Position numbers and translations under genes: made by a program
The notes under the pieces: generated by a model
Databases searched by the model: none
What the model was told of the DNA's origin: nothing
The model's input: only the letters and a program-made list of their open reading frames with translations
Part shown: piece by piece, positions 57,881-64,000 of the stretch
Numbering within the stretch: the stretch's first letter is position 1
Layout: each line of letters begins with the position of its first letter
NCBI GenBank assembly: GCA_965216875.1
Contig: OZ244207.1
Span: 3,008,001 to 3,072,000, forward strand
Source: Rubripirellula sp.
GTDB lineage: Bacteria; Planctomycetota; Planctomycetia; Pirellulales; Pirellulaceae
Direction: 5' to 3'
DNA length: 64,000 nt

Positions 57881-60007
57881 CTAGCTTGCGGCCACACACG
57901 TCGGTAGGAACCAACTCGCCCCTTGAAATCGAACACGATCAAAACGGTCACGCGTTTCGTCGCTTAGGTTCGTTGAAGCTTGACCGTCTTTCTCGAACGC
58001 AAGCTCTTCGCGTCCCAATCGTCCAATCGAAGTCACGACTAGCAACGAGCCCGACACAGGGTAAGTCGCTGCGACATGAGCTCCAGGGGTTTTCTTCCCA
58101 TAACCGAAACACCTCCAACCCTCTGGGCGGTCGCCAGCCGCTTGAATAAGGGCGAATTGCTGGGCGTCCACACTACCTTGGCTTGCTAAACTTCCCGAAC
58201 CCCACTTCGCAGCGCCGCCCTCCTGAACGGTTGTCTCAAACGGAAGCTGCCAATACCAGGTCGCCGTCGTTGGGTTCGCCGAGCAAATGAGATCTGCGAT
58301 CCATAGCCCTGTTCCAGGCAAACAGCAAACATAACGCTGATGCGACACCTGACCCCAATCGACTTTCGCTTCACACAACCAGCGATCGGGGCCGAGTTCC
58401 GTATGAAGCTGTGGTCGCGGAACTTCATGAGACCAAGCAATACGCCCAGCGCGGCGCACGAACGGAAACCCATCAATCGAGACGGTGTTATGAGCGCCAG
58501 CGTTTCGAAAGTAGCCCACCCAATCCTGGTCGCCACCGTAGTAGGGCATCCCACAATCGTCCAGGACGGTCTGGCCATCGGCACAATACATCAGTTGCAA
58601 CGTGTCGGCGTGACCGTGCGCTGTCGAAGGTGTCGCATCGGGGAAAAGTCCGGCGGAAATTGAGCCGGCATCCATCAGCAGCCAATCATTCTTGTCGGCG
58701 GCAATTGCATAGCCCGAGTCACGAAACGTCCAACTTCGGTTTTCTGATCTTGGCGATTCCAACGCGTCCCATCGCTTGTTGAAATCGGATCCGCCCAGCC
58801 ACCATGCCTCTTCACCTGGACCAGCGTCATCAATCTTGAGCGCTGCGGCATCAAACATCGACGCCGCGAGGTTTTGCAGCGAGTCAAAGTTCCAGTACTC
58901 GTCATACGCGACGGGAATCGCTCGCGCCGAATCGAGGTCTCCGATTGCTGGCCAAGTTCCATCGGGACGCCGAAACGCGGCGCCTGTCGAAAACGCTGAC
59001 GTGATCGGTTCTTGCAAGGAAGCGAGACCGTTTGCCGAATCACCGCGTCTCTGTTCGACAAGATAGGCCAAGCAAAGGAAGCCCAATGTGTAATAGTGGT
59101 AGCCCACCGCCTGCTCGACGCAAAAATGGTCTTCGTAAAACTGGGCTGGCCCAGATTTCAAAAGCGTGTCGACCGCTTGCGTTCTCCACTGGCTGCTCGA
59201 TGGATCATCAACAAGCGAGGTAACGAACAACAACCCGGCAGCTTCGCCGATCAAGTGGTTGTAGGGACTCGAGTAGTACGAAAAGTGGTCTGCGAGATAC
59301 CGGCCGTGATCCGTCAGTGAATTCGAGATCGCATCGAGATCACCTTGGCTCCAGCCCTTCCACTGCGACATTCCTGCCATCGTCCAGGTCCAGGACATGA
59401 CCCGCATCGCGACCTCGAGAGCACTCGTCCAATTGACTCCCTCGTACAACGGATTCGATTCAATCCAATCGATCAAGAGATGCCGAGCGCGAGTTGCCGA
59501 GTCTTCGCATCCGTTGAGAAGGTAGTTGCGTGACAGTTCGCAAAGGAACTGGTGGCGCGACAGTTCCCACGGATACTTGATGTCGGTTTCGCCAGCCAAG
59601 TTGTACAACGGCAAATCAGCGTAGAAGGTGCGCTCCCACTGATAGCCAGTGCGATCATCAGCGTGCCAATCGACCTCTCCGCTAAAGTCGTATGGATGAC
59701 CTAGCAGTTCCCACTTGCCTTGAAGGATCTTCGCTGCGTTCTCTGCGGCTGTAGTTGCCATACGCTGGTGCTGATTCGGCCAGCGCTGTTTGAGCTCATC
59801 GAGTTCGGCTGAGTCGGTTCCAGGAACAAGAATGGCGCACCGCTGCAGCAACTTCGAGGAATCAAGCGAAGCGACCCGCTCCCGAGCCCCCTCACCCTTT
59901 TTCCACAGCTTCCGCTCACGCCGCTCGGTCATCTTATCGCGCAAGCGGCAACGGATCTCGTCCCCAGACATCCGCCGCAACTTCTTAAGTTTGTTCAGGC
60001 TGCTCAT
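57881..60007 (-). CDS. Heparinase II/III-family (alginate lyase-like) protein
   Basis: DIKYPWELSRHQ, NWTSALEVAMR, NHLIGE, EQ..YH, AHGHADTL, AHNTV. Confidence 0.9.
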   Translation of the reverse strand: MSSLNKLKKLRRMSGDEIRCRLRDKMTERRERKLWKKGEGARERVASLDSSKLLQRCAILVPGTDSAELDELKQRWPNQHQRMATTAAENAAKILQGKWELLGHPYDFSGEVDWHADDRTGYQWERTFYADLPLYNLAGETDIKYPWELSRHQFLCELSRNYLLNGCEDSATRARHLLIDWIESNPLYEGVNWTSALEVAMRVMSWTWTMAGMSQWKGWSQGDLDAISNSLTDHGRYLADHFSYYSSPYNHLIGEAAGLLFVTSLVDDPSSSQWRTQAVDTLLKSGPAQFYEDHFCVEQAVGYHYYTLGFLCLAYLVEQRRGDSANGLASLQEPITSAFSTGAAFRRPDGTWPAIGDLDSARAIPVAYDEYWNFDSLQNLAASMFDAAALKIDDAGPGEEAWWLGGSDFNKRWDALESPRSENRSWTFRDSGYAIAADKNDWLLMDAGSISAGLFPDATPSTAHGHADTLQLMYCADGQTVLDDCGMPYYGGDQDWVGYFRNAGAHNTVSIDGFPFVRRAGRIAWSHEVPRPQLHTELGPDRWLCEAKVDWGQVSHQRYVCCLPGTGLWIADLICSANPTTATWYWQLPFETTVQEGGAAKWGSGSLASQGSVDAQQFALIQAAGDRPEGWRCFGYGKKTPGAHVAATYPVSGSLLVVTSIGRLGREELAFEKDGQASTNLSDETRDRFDRVRFQGASWFLPTCVAAS

Positions 60008-61998
60008 TTCGTTTTCGAGTCCCGAATAGTCATCGCGTCAAACAAACGCTTCAGCGCGGGCCTGACCAAGACCTCTGCTCCGTACGGCGAAACATGATCG
60101 TCGTCGGCGTAGTAACTTCCTTCGGCCGAACCAATCATTGTAAATCCATCTGAATTGACGCAATCCGCCGTGGGATCAAAGAAGTTACCGCCCGGGATTG
60201 CGTTACCCAGAATCTGTAGAAAACCAGCCTGCCGACGATCGTGGTGCGACCGATGGACGCCAATCGGCACACCTTTGCCGAGGATGGCCGCACGACTTAG
60301 AGCTTTTCTCGGATCCTCAAGCTGAACGGGGACCTGCCCAACGAACCAAACGCCTACGCCTAAGGCATCGAGCTCCGAGACGGTTCGTTCAAGAGCCATT
60401 CTCATTGCATGGACGGCATCGTTTGCGTCGGAATTCCCTCTGGCATCCGGGTGATTTTCCTGAATCAGGACAGTGTTTGACTTTCCATCTGGAGTTCCCT
60501 CCAAGTACGCCGCCCAACGAGCTGCGAAAATCACATGCTTGACGTCATGCGTTTTGACGTAGTTCAAAACGCGGTCGTTCCATTCGATCGAATCGCGTCC
60601 CTTCAGCGAATTCCACACCCCTAACAACGGCGGCGTTCCTAGCTTCGCCGCCAAACGACCGCTTACCTCGTGCTCGACCGCAAGCTCGTCAAACTGACGC
60701 GCAATTGCAATTGCGTGGCTGTCGCCCCAAACCAAAAAATCAATTGCCATGGCATCTGCGTCGCTGCCAACGCGAGGAAACTCTCCCTCTCTGGCTTGGT
60801 CCAGGCTGCTGCGAAAACCTTTTGGAATCTTGGTGTCAGCAGCCGTATACCGCAGAACACCCTTGCTAAAACGGTTGGGGAAGCCGTCTGTCTTGATCAC
60901 CAGGGCGGACATCGCAATCAAGACACACGCTGAAGCCACAGTAAAAAGAAACGGACGCAAGCGTCTTTTATTGAATGACTGACCAGCCTTCGCGCGAAAT
61001 GGCGTTTCAACAAACCTCATCGATCCCCAAGCCAGCCCAAAACTCGCAACGATCAGAAGCACTGAAACTGCCCAAGTGAGTTCACGCCCGACCCAATAGC
61101 GCGTAATCGCAAATAGCGGCCAGTGCCAAAGGTAAAGTGAGTATGACAGCAAGCCCACATAAACCATCGGACGCGTCGAGAGCATGCGCGTCAGTCTCGA
61201 CTTCTCGTTTCCGTAATGAATAATCGCCACCGCCCCAATGCATGGAAGCATTGCTGCGAGCCCAGGGAATGGGGTGTTTTGATCGAACAACACATAGGAT
61301 GCTCCGATAAAGAACAATCCAATCCAGGGACCAGCGGAGATTAGCAACCCTTCTTGTTTCGGTTTTGGCAGAAACCAAATCAAGCACCCTAGAAGTAATT
61401 CCCAAGCTCTTGAGGGAAGCAAAAAGAATGCACCATTCGGATAGTGCGCAACGCCCCAGATGCTGATTCCGAGCGAGACCAAAAAAATCGAAAATAATGC
61501 AAACGCTTGTACACTTCGCCTGAAGCGATGCAACAAGACCAACAGGAATGGATAGCCGAGGTAAAACTGTTCTTCGACAGCGAGAGACCATGTATGCAAC
61601 AGCGGCTTTAAGTCTGAAGGGCCATCGAAATACCCGCTATCTCTAAAAAAGTAAACGTTCGCAATCATCAGCTGCTGAAAAATTGCTGACTCCGCGAGCT
61701 CCACTGAATCAATAGGCAACAACAATAATCCCAAACACAGTGTGACAAGCACCATGACACTCGCTGCTGGGACAATCCGTCTTATCCGACGAATCCAGAA
61801 ATCGACCAAACTAAATCGATTTTGTTGTTGGGCCTTCTGAATGAGACCGGTGATCAAGTAGCCCGATATCACAAAGAAGATATCAACGCCGACATATCCG
61901 CCGGGCGTCAATAGTCCCGCATGGAACGCGACGACTCCCAACACGGCAATCGCGCGAAGCCCATCGACGTCTGCTCGATAGCGAAGCTGACCTGACAT
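60004..61998 (-). CDS. Acyltransferase-3 plus SGNH domain O-acyltransferase (OafA-like)
   Basis: DGLRAIA, GVDIFFVISG, RRIRRI, HTWSLAVEEQFY, SYSLYLWHW, GDSHA, DDDH. Confidence 0.95.
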   Translation of the reverse strand: MSGQLRYRADVDGLRAIAVLGVVAFHAGLLTPGGYVGVDIFFVISGYLITGLIQKAQQQNRFSLVDFWIRRIRRIVPAASVMVLVTLCLGLLLLPIDSVELAESAIFQQLMIANVYFFRDSGYFDGPSDLKPLLHTWSLAVEEQFYLGYPFLLVLLHRFRRSVQAFALFSIFLVSLGISIWGVAHYPNGAFFLLPSRAWELLLGCLIWFLPKPKQEGLLISAGPWIGLFFIGASYVLFDQNTPFPGLAAMLPCIGAVAIIHYGNEKSRLTRMLSTRPMVYVGLLSYSLYLWHWPLFAITRYWVGRELTWAVSVLLIVASFGLAWGSMRFVETPFRAKAGQSFNKRRLRPFLFTVASACVLIAMSALVIKTDGFPNRFSKGVLRYTAADTKIPKGFRSSLDQAREGEFPRVGSDADAMAIDFLVWGDSHAIAIARQFDELAVEHEVSGRLAAKLGTPPLLGVWNSLKGRDSIEWNDRVLNYVKTHDVKHVIFAARWAAYLEGTPDGKSNTVLIQENHPDARGNSDANDAVHAMRMALERTVSELDALGVGVWFVGQVPVQLEDPRKALSRAAILGKGVPIGVHRSHHDRRQAGFLQILGNAIPGGNFFDPTADCVNSDGFTMIGSAEGSYYADDDHVSPYGAEVLVRPALKRLFDAMTIRDSKTK

Positions 61999-62020
61999 TC
62001 TGCTGGTGACTGCTATCCGC

Positions 62021-62785
62021 CTACTGATTCGGACTGATGCGAGCATGCGCCGGATCATCTAAGAATCCTTCGCTGATAAACAGCATGTCTGTCCAGCTCA
62101 CAACGTTCCGTTGAAAATGCGGGCGGTAGAAAGAAGCAAGGCGGAAATGACGATCACGAAGATATCGAAACACTTCGTCGAAACCAGCCACGCCCTGGTA
62201 CTGGTCTGAAAAGATGAACTCAAAATAGACCAAGCCTATGCGGCCCTCAGACATTAGACGGTCAGCGCCTTTCAGAACTTCAAAGTCAAAACCCTGCGTG
62301 TCGGACTTGAGCACATCTACATATTGGATTGAGTTCTCTTCTGCGAACGAATCCAGTGTCACAACATCGACTTCAACTCGCTGCGACACCTTGCCAGTGC
62401 ATAGGCTACCTGGTTCTAGAAACGAACTCATGTACGACTGCTCGTTCTCAACAAACGTCAGCTTACCATTCTCAGAACCCACACCCTTGTTCCAGAGCGT
62501 CACATCTTGCCAGCCCATCTTCTCGGCGTTCTGCTGCAATTCGGAAAATGTGCTCCCGCTTGGCTCAAATGAGTGAATCACGGGCGAGTCAAAACACCAC
62601 TTGAGCTTTTGTATCGTTTGGCCAACGTTAGCACCGATATCAAGACACGTCGGCGTGGCTATATCGCGAGCATAGTCCTTCATGTCGTGATACGGATCTT
62701 GGCCGCGTCCCGAAGGTTTGTACTTCTTAATGTCATATCCAGTTTTCCGGATTGCGGAGCGAATAAGTTCTTTTAGCTTGTTCAT
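62021..62785 (-). CDS. FkbM-family methyltransferase
   Basis: DIGANVG, SFEP, TLDSF, LKSDTQGFDFEVLKG. Confidence 0.92.
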   Translation of the reverse strand: MNKLKELIRSAIRKTGYDIKKYKPSGRGQDPYHDMKDYARDIATPTCLDIGANVGQTIQKLKWCFDSPVIHSFEPSGSTFSELQQNAEKMGWQDVTLWNKGVGSENGKLTFVENEQSYMSSFLEPGSLCTGKVSQRVEVDVVTLDSFAEENSIQYVDVLKSDTQGFDFEVLKGADRLMSEGRIGLVYFEFIFSDQYQGVAGFDEVFRYLRDRHFRLASFYRPHFQRNVVSWTDMLFISEGFLDDPAHARISPNQ

Positions 62786-62827
62786 ATTGGCGTACGTTCG
62801 TGGATGTTCTTTCTTGACGTTTGCTGG

Positions 62828-63709
62828 TCAATCGGTTCGAGTCGAGCTGCATAGCAAATAGCGGCTATCCCGAAATGGGGCGACGGAAACGGGTGCATGC
62901 GGCCCGTCGGTAAGCAGCAAGCGATGTTCGTTATGCATGGCATGACATATTCTTTGAAAATGCCGCAGTCGCGGATCGTGACTGAGTTCGATGACCTTGG
63001 CGTTGGCACGCATCCAAAGACAATTTGCGAGGCCGGCCCCGTGCTGCCCGACCACAACCGCCGCTCTATCAAAGAGATCAATTTGCTCGGCGAAATCTAA
63101 CTCCTCCAAACGCACATTCCGAAACTCCATATCAGCGGGAGTCGATCCGGCAATCGCTTCCTGTAGTTCTGCGTGGTTGGGAATGGAGCGACGAGAGCTC
63201 CCCGCTCCTTTCTTTATCGCATGGTTGGCGAAATAGTCATTTGGCGGCATACGTTCGATCAATAACACAAGGTTTTGAGGTGTGCTTGCGGATTGCTTGT
63301 AAACATCAACCGCCATTCGCTTGAGCGACGCAAAATGCTCTGCATGTAGACCAACCCACTGGGCGTTCATCCCCAAGAGTGGGTGTGCTGAATCTCCGTT
63401 GGATCCCGAGTCGCGGTCGACAATCTCAACTCGCCCCGAAAACAACTCGGCTACACGGGGAGAAAAGATCCCGAAATCCTCAATCACGAAATGAACCTGC
63501 TCGTCAACTCGCTCAATCACCTGTGCTAGGGGCAAGCACAAATCAAACAGAAAGTGATAGTAGTGCTCCACACGATTGACGGGTTGAAGCAGGATACGCT
63601 GTTGGTTTCGTGATGCGGCGATAATCGACTTGCGGTTCCTTGCTCCATGAATGGCGCGAGCCTGGCGCAGTACTGACTCAGGGACAACCCGCTTGAGTGC
63701 CTTAAGCAT
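62828..63709 (-). CDS. Glycosyltransferase family 61-like protein
   Basis: HYYHFLFD, RRSIPN, EQIDLF, GQHGAGLAN, VIEL. Confidence 0.85.
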   Translation of the reverse strand: MLKALKRVVPESVLRQARAIHGARNRKSIIAASRNQQRILLQPVNRVEHYYHFLFDLCLPLAQVIERVDEQVHFVIEDFGIFSPRVAELFSGRVEIVDRDSGSNGDSAHPLLGMNAQWVGLHAEHFASLKRMAVDVYKQSASTPQNLVLLIERMPPNDYFANHAIKKGAGSSRRSIPNHAELQEAIAGSTPADMEFRNVRLEELDFAEQIDLFDRAAVVVGQHGAGLANCLWMRANAKVIELSHDPRLRHFQRICHAMHNEHRLLLTDGPHAPVSVAPFRDSRYLLCSSTRTD

Positions 63710-64000
63710 CGGCGCCTCCTACGACAGCGTTTCGCTGGCTAGCGGTTGCACCGTTCGTTGCGTTCTCGGCGATTGCATCCACTGCCGAAATGATTTGGCG
63801 ATACGTTTTTTCAAACCCCTCCACGGATCGTCCGTAAGGATCCGCGATTTGGATATTGGCGCCGCTGACCGCGTGATTGAGCATGAACACCTTGTTCATT
63901 GAATCGGGCATGTCCGTCCTTAACCGCTCGTAGTTCTCGTAATCAAAGACGATCACGACATCCGTTTGATCGACCAACTCCTGCGTCAGCAACACCGACC
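63702..64000 (-). CDS. Low-molecular-weight protein-tyrosine phosphatase-like protein (5' part outside window)
   Basis: DVVIVFD, IADPYG acid loop; EPS-locus context. Confidence 0.75.
   Translation of the reverse strand, partial: SVLLTQELVDQTDVVIVFDYENYERLRTDMPDSMNKVFMLNHAVSGANIQIADPYGRSVEGFEKTYRQIISAVDAIAENATNGATASQRNAVVGGADA

Noticed and set aside
62782..63081. Alternative-frame ORF whose stop overlaps the FkbM ATG, hinting at a frameshift near the GT61 3' end
   Set aside because: All GT61 motifs are in the main frame, no slippery site or duplication is evident, and the alternative tail is not convincing
1..64000. rRNA, tRNA, transposase, integrase or prophage genes
   Set aside because: None recognised; intergenic gaps are short and all long ORFs have other assignments

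Overview
Bacterial chromosomal window, most likely from a planctomycete (Pirellulaceae-like). That assignment is inferred from the kinase architecture, the PEP-CTERM proteins and the intergenic repeats. In order: the 3' part of ruvB; a hybrid sensor kinase with two Hpt domains and an HD-GYP response regulator; a complete minus-strand group 3b [NiFe]-hydrogenase operon (cNMP-domain protein, beta/gamma/delta/alpha subunits, protease, hypABFCDE), headed by a sigma54-type promoter and a TerB-like gene with an IF1/zeta-like N-terminus; an RCK-gated K+ channel with an atypical filter; and a TAXI-TRAP transporter. From about 22.5 kb to the end is a large PEP-CTERM/exopolysaccharide region. Embedded in it is the most notable element, a candidate N-acyl amino acid (N-acyl-tyrosine-like) biosynthesis and export system. 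It comprises a FeeM-like N-acyltransferase, an unusual PP-loop amidotransferase/acyl-CoA ligase fusion, a thioester-reductase SDR, a p-cresol methylhydroxylase/VAO-type flavoprotein, a methyltransferase, TolC and a DevBCA-like ABC exporter. Also present: a kinase-STAND NTPase, two tandem PEP-CTERM paralogs with EF-hand-like loops preceded by a possible KPP leader/arrest peptide, a GT2 gene frameshifted by an exact 26-bp tandem duplication, and REP-like doublets. No rRNA, tRNA, CRISPR array or transposase was recognised. All calls come from reading motifs by eye; no searches were run.
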